Assembly (NCBI GenBank): GCA_040877915.1
Contig: JBBDNA010000008.1
Coordinates: 37,846 to 101,845, forward strand
Length of the DNA: 64,000 nt
Origin: Dehalococcoidia bacterium
GTDB taxonomy: Bacteria; Chloroflexota; Dehalococcoidia; SM23-28-2; RBG-16-64-32
Direction: 5' to 3'
Positions within the stretch are counted from its first letter, which is position 1. Every line of letters starts with the position of its first letter. Under the pieces are notes generated by a model. That model did not search any database, was not told where the DNA came from, and saw only the letters and a program-made list of their open reading frames with translations. A program made the translations under genes and the position numbers. This document shows, in pieces, positions 42,362 through 50,135 of the stretch.

Positions 42362-43924
42362 TTAGCCGTCCTTCGCCTCCCCGAACGCCTTGCGCAGGTC
42401 CGTCTTCAGCACCTTTCCCAGGTAGTTCCGCGGCAGCTCCTCCACGAAGGCGTAGTACTTCGGCGCCTTGTAGCTGGCCAGCCGCTCCTTTACGTACGCG
42501 GTGAGCTCCTCGGTCGACGGCCTGCCGTCCCCACTGGCGACGACCACCGCCTTCACCTCCTCGCCCCACTCCGTGTCCGGCACGCCGATCACCGCCGCCT
42601 CCTCGACCCCTGGGTGGCCCTCCAGCACCGCCTCGATCTCCCCCGGCGCGATGTTCTCGCCGCCGCGGATGATCAGGTCCTTCGTCCGGCCCGTTATGTA
42701 GACGTAGCCGTCTTCGTCCATCCAGCCCACGTCGCCGGTGTGCAGCCAGCCCCCGCGCATCGCCTCCGCCGTCTCCTCGCCCAGGCCCAGGTAGCCGGAC
42801 ATGATCCGCGCCCCCTGCGCCACGATCTCCCCCTCCTGCCCCGCCGGCAGCACCTCCCCCTCGGGGTCGACGATGGCGACAACCACGTCCTCCATCGCCC
42901 GCCCCACCGAGCGCAGCCGCTGCAGCTTCTTCTCCCGTTCCTCGGACGGCCCGTCCGGGATCTGGTGGTCATCCGGCCCCAGGAACGTCAGCGTCGACGT
43001 GCTCTCCGTCTGCCCGTAGGCGTTCATCAGCCCGCAGTCGAACACGCCCACCGCCTTCGACACCACCTCGTACGGCATCGGGGCCGCCCCGTAGGCGATC
43101 AGCTTGAGCGAGCTCAGATCGCTCTTCTCGAACTCCGGTTGCTCCATGATGCGCTTCAGCATCGTCGGCACGACGAAGCTGTGCGAGACCTTATGCTCCT
43201 GTACCGCCGACAGCCAGGCCTTCGGCTCGAACTGCGGCAGTACGACCAGCGTCCGCCCGCCCCAGACCGACGAGAGCGGCGCCGTGGCCCCCGCCACGTG
43301 GTACAGCGGCACCGACAGCAGCGTCACGTCGTGCGTCTCCGGGTTGGCCGGCTCCATCGTGTTCGTCACGTACACGGACATGGCCAGGTAGGTCAGCATC
43401 ACGCCCTTGGGCATCGCCGTCGTGCCGCTGGTGTAGATCACGATCGTCGGGTCGGCGTCATCGATCTCCACGAACACCTCGTCCGGCCCGTGCGACCCCA
43501 CGAGCTGCTCGTACGGCTTCATCCCCTCCGGCGCGGCGTCGTAGCAGACAAAGTGCTCCACGGTCGCGAACTCGGGCCGGATCGAGGCCGTCAGGTCCAG
43601 GTAGCGCTCGCCGACGAACATCGCCTTCGTGTCCGAGTTGTTGACCATGTAGGCCAGCTCCTCCTTCTTGGCGCGGTAGTTCAGCGGCACGAACACCGCC
43701 CCCACCCTGGCGCTGGCGTAGTACGTCTCCACGTACTCGATCGAGTTCAGCGCCATCACCGCGACGCGGTCGCCGCGCCCCACGCCGAGCGACTGCATGG
43801 CGTTGGCCAGCCGGTTCACCCGCTCCTGGAGCTGGGCGAACGTGCGGCTCTCCCCCTCGCAGGCGACGGCCACTCGCTCCGGCACGACGGACGAGGCGAT
43901 CATCAGGAACTCAGACGTGTTCAT
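42362..43924 (-). CDS. AMP-dependent acyl-CoA synthetase/ligase (FadD-like)
   Basis: 520 aa with YTSGTTAMPKG (AMP-binding motif I) and TGDVGWMDEDGYVYITGRTKDLI, plus a C-terminal K. Confidence 0.9.
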   Translation of the reverse strand: MNTSEFLMIASSVVPERVAVACEGESRTFAQLQERVNRLANAMQSLGVGRGDRVAVMALNSIEYVETYYASARVGAVFVPLNYRAKKEELAYMVNNSDTKAMFVGERYLDLTASIRPEFATVEHFVCYDAAPEGMKPYEQLVGSHGPDEVFVEIDDADPTIVIYTSGTTAMPKGVMLTYLAMSVYVTNTMEPANPETHDVTLLSVPLYHVAGATAPLSSVWGGRTLVVLPQFEPKAWLSAVQEHKVSHSFVVPTMLKRIMEQPEFEKSDLSSLKLIAYGAAPMPYEVVSKAVGVFDCGLMNAYGQTESTSTLTFLGPDDHQIPDGPSEEREKKLQRLRSVGRAMEDVVVAIVDPEGEVLPAGQEGEIVAQGARIMSGYLGLGEETAEAMRGGWLHTGDVGWMDEDGYVYITGRTKDLIIRGGENIAPGEIEAVLEGHPGVEEAAVIGVPDTEWGEEVKAVVVASGDGRPSTEELTAYVKERLASYKAPKYYAFVEELPRNYLGKVLKTDLRKAFGEAKDG

Positions 43925-44669
43925 TCGCTCCTCCCAAGCGGCGGCTGTGGCGGTGTGACCCAGACGTGCTGCGGATCAGGCGAGACTCCAGCGCCAGCCC
44001 CTCGGCCAGCGGCAGATCCAGCCCCTGGACCACGGCGCGCTTGGCCAGTCGCAGGCTGAGCTGCTCACGCGAGAGCAGCGTCCGCGCCAGCGACTCTGCC
44101 GCCTCGTACAGCCGCTCGCGGGGGACGACGCGCTGGACGAGCCCGAAGCGCAGCGCCGTCCTGGCGTCGATCGGGTCGCCGGTCAGGATCATCTGCATGG
44201 CGATGCCCGGCGGGACGTGTCGCGGCAGCGTCTGGGTACCGCCGGCGGAGGGGATGTAGCCCAGGCCCACCTCCGGCAGCCCGAGCCTCGAGCCCTCGCC
44301 GGCGATGCGGATGTCGCAGCACATCGCCAGCTCCACCCCCGCTCCCAGCGCGTACCCGTGCACCGCCGCGATCAGCGGCTGTTCCAGCGACAGCATCAGC
44401 CCCCACAGGTCGCGCTCCCGCCGCGCCCGCCGCGCCTCCACGAACGACGGCGCCGTCCCGAACTCGCCCACGTCCGCCCCCGACGAGAACGCGCGCTCGC
44501 CCGCCCCCTTGAACACCACGACGCCGGCGTCGGGATCGTCGCGGACGGCCAGCATCGCCTCCCAGAGCTCGTCCCGCATGCGCATGTTGATCGCGTTCAG
44601 CGACTCGGGCCGGTTCAGGGTGATCCAGACGATGCCGTCGCGTTTCTCGAAGAGGATCGTGTCAGGCAT
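43911..44669 (-). CDS. enoyl-CoA hydratase/isomerase family protein
   Basis: 252 aa. ILFEKRDGIVWITLNRPESLNAIN, KGAGERAFSSGADV, and AAVHGYALGAGVELAMCCDIR. Confidence 0.9.
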   Translation of the reverse strand: MPDTILFEKRDGIVWITLNRPESLNAINMRMRDELWEAMLAVRDDPDAGVVVFKGAGERAFSSGADVGEFGTAPSFVEARRARRERDLWGLMLSLEQPLIAAVHGYALGAGVELAMCCDIRIAGEGSRLGLPEVGLGYIPSAGGTQTLPRHVPPGIAMQMILTGDPIDARTALRFGLVQRVVPRERLYEAAESLARTLLSREQLSLRLAKRAVVQGLDLPLAEGLALESRLIRSTSGSHRHSRRLGGANEHV

Positions 44670-44754
44670 GGCAGAATCCTGAAGGCCGGGCTTCAGCCCG
44701 ACAGCGACAGGCTAAAGCCTGTCCTTCGGCGCTGATGATCGTGTCAGGCATGGC
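44655..44754. repeat. 64-bp hairpin insertion flanked by an 18-bp direct duplication that includes the crotonase start codon
   Basis: gatcgtgtcaggcatggc occurs at 44655-44672 and again at 44737-44754. Between the copies lie the hairpins ctgaaggcc/gggcttcag and gacaggc-taaa-gcctgtc. Confidence 0.75.
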
Positions 44755-44845
44755 GCAAGCTCCACTCCAGCCTGAAGGCTGGGGCATGGACTGTCGCCGG
44801 AGGGTTGAGCCTTGTTCCTTGTCCCATGCGCCTTGTTCCGTCCAA

Positions 44846-45085
44846 CTACCGCCAGTCCGGCCGCTGCACCGCGCTCTTCGCCTTGACCCGCAGCGTCCGA
44901 TCCAGCTCCGCGTTGATCTTGTCCGTCAGCTGCTTCATCCCGTCCGACCCGGCCTGCATCGACTCGCTGCGCCAGCGCTTCAGCGCCGCCCCGTCCTTCG
45001 TCGAAAGCCCCGCCTCGGCCGCGATCCGGTCGACGATGAGCGACAGCAGCTCGCGTGTCTCCTCGGGCTCCAGCTCCAGCCTCAT
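44846..45085 (-). CDS. small conserved hypothetical protein (paralog A, 79 aa)
   Basis: MRLELEPEETRELLSLIVDRIAAEAGLSTKDGAALKRWRSE... aligns along its length with the 86-aa ORF at 45261-45521. Confidence 0.55.
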   Translation of the reverse strand: MRLELEPEETRELLSLIVDRIAAEAGLSTKDGAALKRWRSESMQAGSDGMKQLTDKINAELDRTLRVKAKSAVQRPDWR

Positions 45086-45258
45086 CGGCTTGCAATCCCT
45101 CGTGGGGCGAGGCCCCAGCCTCGCCGCGGGGTCCGCTCAAGGCTAGGGCCCTGAGCTACGTGCGGTGCCCTCATCGGCTTGCAATCCCTCGTGGGGCGAG
45201 GCCCCAGCCTCGCCGGCGGGGTCCGCTCAAGGCTGGGGCCTTGAGCTACGTGCACTGG
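45081..45258. repeat. two tandem 89-bp units, each a double hairpin
   Basis: Units start at 45081 and 45170 (ctcatcggcttgcaatccctcgtggggcgaggccccagcctcgcc...gctcaaggct[a/g]gggcc[c/t]tgagctacgtgc) and are nearly identical. Stems are ggcgaggc/gcctcgcc and ctcaaggc/gccttgag. Confidence 0.85.
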
Positions 45259-45260
45259 CC

Positions 45261-45521
45261 TCATGCCCGCGCCCCCTTCGTCGACTGGTACCGCCCCTTG
45301 CGACGGACCGTGCGGGTCAGCTTCTCGTCCAGGTACGTCCCCAGCGACTCGTTGATCGCCACCGTCAGGTCGTCCATCGCGGCCGTGCCCACATCATGTC
45401 CCGTTCTCCAGCGCCGTATCTTCGATTTGCCTTCGCTCGACACCCCGCCGTGGTCGATCACGTACGACGCGATCAGAGACATCAGCGACTGCGCCTCATC
45501 CGTGTCCAAGACGATCTGCAT
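45261..45521 (-). CDS. small conserved hypothetical protein (paralog B, 86 aa)
   Basis: MQIVLDTDEAQSLMSLIASYVIDHGGVSSEGKSKIRRWRTG... A GGAGG-type RBS (gtaggaggtagc) lies upstream, and the gene starts 15 nt downstream of the crotonase gene. Confidence 0.55.
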   Translation of the reverse strand: MQIVLDTDEAQSLMSLIASYVIDHGGVSSEGKSKIRRWRTGHDVGTAAMDDLTVAINESLGTYLDEKLTRTVRRKGRYQSTKGARA

Positions 45522-45536
45522 CTCGTTCGCTACCTC

Positions 45537-46292
45537 CTACCGGCCCTTGAACTCCGGGTTGCGCTTCTCCAGGAACGCCCGCACACCCTCCGCCCGGTCC
45601 TCCGTGGTTTGCAGGATCACCGTGAGGTCCGTCTCGTAGCGTAGCGCCTGCTCCAGCGTCATCTCCAGGCCGCGGCTCACCGCCTCCTTCGCGTAGCGCA
45701 CCGCCAGCGGCCCCCGCTCGGCGATCCGCCCGGCGATTGCCTCCGCCTCCGCGACGACCTTCCCCCGCGCCGCCACCACCCCCACCAGCCCCATCGCCAG
45801 CGCCTCCGCCGCGTCCACTGGCTCCCCGCTCAGGATCATCTCCAGCGTCTTCCCCCGGCCGACGAGGCGCGACAGTCGCTGCGTGCCTCCTCCCATCGGC
45901 AGCATTCCCATCGCCGTCTCTGGCAGCCCCAGCTTACCCCCCTCAGCCGCGACCCGCACGTCGCAGGCCAGCGCCATCTCCAGCCCCGCGCTCAGCGCGT
46001 CGCCGTTGATCGCGCAGACCACGGGCCGCGGCAGCGCCGCCAGGCAGCCGAACGGGTCGATAGCCGGCGGCCCTTCCCGCTGCAGCAGCGACGCGTCCCA
46101 CCCGCTGCAGAACGCATCGCCCTCGCCGGTCAGGAGCACGGCGCGCACGCCCTCGTCGGCCTCGAGCGACTCACACACCTCCGCCAGCTCCGACAGCAGC
46201 GTCGCGTCGACGGTCTCTCGCCGGAGGGTGATCCGCGCGATGGGGCCGCGTGTCTCCAGGGTGATGGTCCGCGTGGTCATGGCGAACCGCAT
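45537..46292 (-). CDS. enoyl-CoA hydratase/isomerase family protein
   Basis: About 250 aa from ATG 46292 or 46280. ITLETRGPIARITLRR, TGEGDAFCSGWD, CAINGDALSAGLEMALACDVR and a C-terminal AFLEKRNPEFKGR. The longer track ORF extending to 46577 is rejected. Confidence 0.85.
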   Translation of the reverse strand: MRFAMTTRTITLETRGPIARITLRRETVDATLLSELAEVCESLEADEGVRAVLLTGEGDAFCSGWDASLLQREGPPAIDPFGCLAALPRPVVCAINGDALSAGLEMALACDVRVAAEGGKLGLPETAMGMLPMGGGTQRLSRLVGRGKTLEMILSGEPVDAAEALAMGLVGVVAARGKVVAEAEAIAGRIAERGPLAVRYAKEAVSRGLEMTLEQALRYETDLTVILQTTEDRAEGVRAFLEKRNPEFKGR

Positions 46293-46353
46293 TGTAGCAA
46301 ACGAGGAATCCGCAGGAATAGCGGCGCCCCAACTGTATACTGATTGCCGGGCG

Positions 46354-47238
46354 ATGAGGAAGACGGTGAGCCTGCCCGCACACAAGACAACGATTCTAAT
46401 CCGGACCACCGGCGCGGCCGCCCTGCTGCTGGCCCTGGCGGCCTGCGCCGGCAACGGCGACCAGCGGAGTGGCGATTCGGCCACCCGCGACGAGGCGTCT
46501 CCGGACGGGTCGCTTGCTGTCTGGACGCCCGCCCCGGGCGCCACCTGGCAGTGGCAACTGCAAGACGACATCGACACATCGCTGGACGTGGACGTCTACG
46601 ACATCGACCTCTTTGACGCACCCCAGTCCACGATCGACGCGCTTCACGAAGACGGCCGCGCCGTCATCTGCTACTTCTCCGCCGGCAGCCTGGAGGATGG
46701 GCGCGAGGACGCCGGCCGCTTCCAGCCCTCCGATGCCGGAAACCGGCTGGAGAACTGGCCAGACGAACGCTGGCTGGACGTGCGCTCGGCTAACGTCCGC
46801 GCGATCATGGAGGACCGCCTCGATATCGCGGTGGCCAGGGGCTGCGACGCCATCGAGCCGGACAACGTCGACGCGTTCCAGAATGACAGCGGCTTCTCGC
46901 TCACCGCTGACGATCAGCTCGACTACAACCGGTTTCTGGCGAGCGCCGCGCACGCCCGCGGCCTATCGGTGGGCCTGAAGAACGCGCTCGACCTCGTCGA
47001 TGAGCTGGAGCCCGGCTTCGACTGGGCGCTGAACGAGGAGTGCCTCGCCTACGACGAATGCGGGGCGCTGGCCCCCTTCCTGGACGCGGGGAAAGCCGTC
47101 TTCCACGTCGAGTACGTTGAGGACGCTGACGACGGCCCCGGCCTCCTGGCCGCGGTCTGCGACGACCCGGCTGTCGCCGGCTTCTCGACGCTGGTCAAGA
47201 CTCCGGACCTGGGCGCCTGGCGTCTCGCCTGTGACTGA
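46354..47238 (+). CDS. GH114-like endo-alpha-1,4-polygalactosaminidase lipoprotein
   Basis: 294 aa from ATG 46354 with lipobox LLLALAAC. WQWQL, VYDIDLFD, VICYFSAGSLED, ERWLDV, GCDAIEPDNVDAF and GLKNA fit the GH114 TIM-barrel pattern. Confidence 0.7.
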   Translation: MRKTVSLPAHKTTILIRTTGAAALLLALAACAGNGDQRSGDSATRDEASPDGSLAVWTPAPGATWQWQLQDDIDTSLDVDVYDIDLFDAPQSTIDALHEDGRAVICYFSAGSLEDGREDAGRFQPSDAGNRLENWPDERWLDVRSANVRAIMEDRLDIAVARGCDAIEPDNVDAFQNDSGFSLTADDQLDYNRFLASAAHARGLSVGLKNALDLVDELEPGFDWALNEECLAYDECGALAPFLDAGKAVFHVEYVEDADDGPGLLAAVCDDPAVAGFSTLVKTPDLGAWRLACD

Positions 47239-47322
47239 ATTCGTACTCCGGGTTGTCCCACTCTCGGCCCGTCTGGTATCATCCCGTCTACCCGAACCAC
47301 CCTCGACACGAAGGAAGCGCCT

Positions 47323-48522
47323 TTGGCTGAAGCCGCCCTCGATGGACTGCGCGTCGTTGACCTCTCCCAGGGGATCGCCGGCCCCTACGCCGGCAAGCTC
47401 CTGGCCGGCTGTGGCGCCGACGTCATCAAAGTCGAGCCCCCCCAGGGGGACTACGCCCGCCGCCTCGGCCCCTTCCCCGGCGACGAACCCCACCACGACA
47501 AGGGCGGCCTGTTCGTCCACCTCAACGGCGGCAAGAAGTCCGTCACCCTGGACATCGAGACCGAGAGCGGCCGCGCCGTCCTGCGCAAGCTACTGGCCGG
47601 CGCCGACGCCCTCATCGAGAGCCACCCGCCCGGCCACCTCTCCTCCCTCGGCCTCGGCTACGACGACCTTAAGGCCGGTCTGCCCGGCCTCGTCTACTGC
47701 TCCGTCACCCCCTTCGGCCAGACCGGCCCCTACGCCGACTTCCAGGGCAACTCCCTGGCCTGCCTGGCCCTCTCCGGCCTCATGTACGTCACCGGCGACC
47801 CCGACAAGGAGCCGCTGGCCACCGGCGGCGAGGCCGCCGACTACTTCGGCGGGGTCACCGCCTGGATCGCCGTCCTCGCCGCCCTCGAGCACCGCGCGAA
47901 GACCAACGATGGCCAGCACGTCGACGTCGCCGTCCTCGACTCCCTGGGCACCGCCGACGAGTACAACACCGCCATGTACGCCTCCCTCGGCGCCATACGC
48001 AAGCGCTTCCACTCCCGCCACCACTTCCCCGCCTACCCCTCCGAGATCTACCCCTGCCGCGACGGTCACATAGTCGTCGTATTCGGCGCCAACGGCTTCC
48101 CCTTGCCCATGGCGATCCTCCTGGAGCAGATCGAGCTGGAGAACAACCCCATGTTCCAGAACCACTGGATCCGCTTCATCCAGTGGCAGCAGTTCGAGGA
48201 GATCCTGCGCCCCTACCTCCTGGAGCACGACTGGCGCGACATCCTCACCCGCGCCCAGGAGCTGCGTATGCCCTTCGGCCGCGTCATGACCCCCAGCACT
48301 CTCCTCGACGACGAGCACCTCAGCGAGCGGGAGTTCTTCGTCGAGGTCGAGCAGCCGGACGTCGGCGAAGTGCGCATCGCCGGGCCGGTGTTCAAGATGT
48401 CGGAGACCCCGCTCCGTCAAGGCCCCGCCCCCACCCTCGGCGAGCACACCCACGATATCCTCCTGGACCTGGGCTACGACGCCGACGACACCCGCATCCT
48501 CCGCGAGCGGGGGGTAACGTGA
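47323..48522 (+). CDS. family III CoA-transferase (CaiB/BaiF-like)
   Basis: 399 aa with a TTG start after GAAGGAAG. LDGLRVVDLSQGIAGPYAGKLLAGCGADVIKVEPP is the family N-terminal signature. Confidence 0.9.
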   Translation: MAEAALDGLRVVDLSQGIAGPYAGKLLAGCGADVIKVEPPQGDYARRLGPFPGDEPHHDKGGLFVHLNGGKKSVTLDIETESGRAVLRKLLAGADALIESHPPGHLSSLGLGYDDLKAGLPGLVYCSVTPFGQTGPYADFQGNSLACLALSGLMYVTGDPDKEPLATGGEAADYFGGVTAWIAVLAALEHRAKTNDGQHVDVAVLDSLGTADEYNTAMYASLGAIRKRFHSRHHFPAYPSEIYPCRDGHIVVVFGANGFPLPMAILLEQIELENNPMFQNHWIRFIQWQQFEEILRPYLLEHDWRDILTRAQELRMPFGRVMTPSTLLDDEHLSEREFFVEVEQPDVGEVRIAGPVFKMSETPLRQGPAPTLGEHTHDILLDLGYDADDTRILRERGVT

Positions 48523-50135
48523 TGGCCGTCGCTACCGCCGCCGACGTCCAACCGCGACGCGAAGACCACGGCGCCCTGATCGTGCTCCACCTTTCCGGCA
48601 CCTACCGCGAGATGGGCCGCCAGCATGTGGAGCTGCTGAGGCCGCTCGCCAGGCAGGCCTACGAGCTTCAGCTCGCGGACTGGAAGCGCCTCGTGTCTGG
48701 AATCGGGCCTGCAGCCAGGCTCGCCGACCTCTTCCTGCCGCCTCTATGGGCCTGGCTCTGGCGGCGCTTCGAGCCATCACGCGCCTATGACTTCATGGTG
48801 GGCATGGGAGACGCCCTCCGTGTATCTGGGCCCAACGCCGTCCGCGGATTCTACGGCTTCCTCGGCAGCGGCACGACGACTTTCGTAGCGACCGGTTCGG
48901 CCACCGCCGACGGAAGGGCCATCATCGGCAAGAACAGCGACTGGTCCGACGCCGGCGGACTCCGCCGGCCCATCGTCACCCACTACCACCCCTCGAACGG
49001 CGACCTCTCCCACATCGCCGCCGGCTGGCCGCTGCTCCCCGGCTCCGGCACCACCGGCGTCAATGAGGCCGGCTTCGCCATCGGCGCCAACTTCTTCAAC
49101 GCCGACCAGATCGTCGGGCTCCCTCTTCCCCGCTGGCCCTATTTCCGGGCACTGCAAAAGGCAACCACCGTCGAGGAGGGGATACGCATCCTGACGGACT
49201 CCCCCAACCGGGGTCTGGCCAGCTTCGCCTCGATGGCCGACGCCCACGGCGCCATCGCTATGGTCGAATATACCCCTGGCCAATGCGCCGTCTTCCGTCC
49301 CGACGACGAGTGGTTCGCCCAGGCCAATCACGCCCGCACCGACGAGATGGCGCCACACGACCGCGGCCGCTCTCCCGACTCTTACGAGCGCAGGGCCGCT
49401 ATGGAGGCCGCCGTCCAGCGCCACCTCGGCGAGATAACGCCGCAGATCGCAGCGAACATCCTCCGCGATCGCTCCACCAGCCCCTACCTCAACGCGCCGG
49501 GGGTCGTCGCCAACACCGGCGTCCTCAACTCCGCGGTCGTCCATCCCGCCTCGCGCACCCTCTGGCACTCCACCAGTCAGCAGCCTCAGGCCCCCTTCGG
49601 CGAGATGCTCCCCTTCACCGCCGGAGACTCCGCCGCTGCTCCCCTGCCCGCCGACCCCCGGCTGGGCGCGCCGCAGATGGAGCACGAAGCGCACCTCGTT
49701 GCCGAGCTCCGCCGGGCCGCTCGCCTGTTCAGCGAAGCCAGGGTGGAAGAGGCCGGCCGCATCTGGGACGGCCTCGCTGACGGCGGCGAGCCCCTCCTCC
49801 AGCCTCATCGCCTCTCCTGGGCGCGGGCCCGCGTTCGATGGACCCTCGGTCGCTGGGACGAGGCCGAAGCCCTCCTCGCCACCCTCGATACCGATGATAC
49901 CCCCTTCGACGTCCGCGCCCACGCCCTCCTGGCCCTCGGCTGGACGGCCGACCACGCCGGCCGCCGCGAGGAAGCCATCGAGAGCTACCGCCGCGCCCTC
50001 GCCTCCCTCGACACTCACCCCGAGTACAACCACCAGTTCACGATAGCGCCGGCTCGGGCCTGGGCCTCCGCCGGCCTCAAGAGCCCGCGGATCGGCCCTC
50101 CGCCCGAGACGCCAGACCTCCTGAGGGTACCCTGA
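48522..50135 (+). CDS. Ntn-hydrolase-like (peptidase C45 / acyl-CoA:6-APA acyltransferase-like) protein with C-terminal TPR-like region
   Basis: 537 aa. The ATG shares one nt with the upstream TGA, and its own TGA shares one nt with the next ATG. GSGTTTFVATG...DGRAIIGKNSDWSD and TTGVNEAGFAIGANF resemble the C45 family. The C-terminus has TPR-like helices. The call is tentative. Confidence 0.5.
   Translation: MAVATAADVQPRREDHGALIVLHLSGTYREMGRQHVELLRPLARQAYELQLADWKRLVSGIGPAARLADLFLPPLWAWLWRRFEPSRAYDFMVGMGDALRVSGPNAVRGFYGFLGSGTTTFVATGSATADGRAIIGKNSDWSDAGGLRRPIVTHYHPSNGDLSHIAAGWPLLPGSGTTGVNEAGFAIGANFFNADQIVGLPLPRWPYFRALQKATTVEEGIRILTDSPNRGLASFASMADAHGAIAMVEYTPGQCAVFRPDDEWFAQANHARTDEMAPHDRGRSPDSYERRAAMEAAVQRHLGEITPQIAANILRDRSTSPYLNAPGVVANTGVLNSAVVHPASRTLWHSTSQQPQAPFGEMLPFTAGDSAAAPLPADPRLGAPQMEHEAHLVAELRRAARLFSEARVEEAGRIWDGLADGGEPLLQPHRLSWARARVRWTLGRWDEAEALLATLDTDDTPFDVRAHALLALGWTADHAGRREEAIESYRRALASLDTHPEYNHQFTIAPARAWASAGLKSPRIGPPPETPDLLRVP

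Noticed and set aside
45081-45258. Possible CRISPR array or other spacer-containing repeat
   Set aside because: There are only two directly abutting 89-bp units with no unique spacers, the units are internally double hairpins, and no cas genes are in the window.
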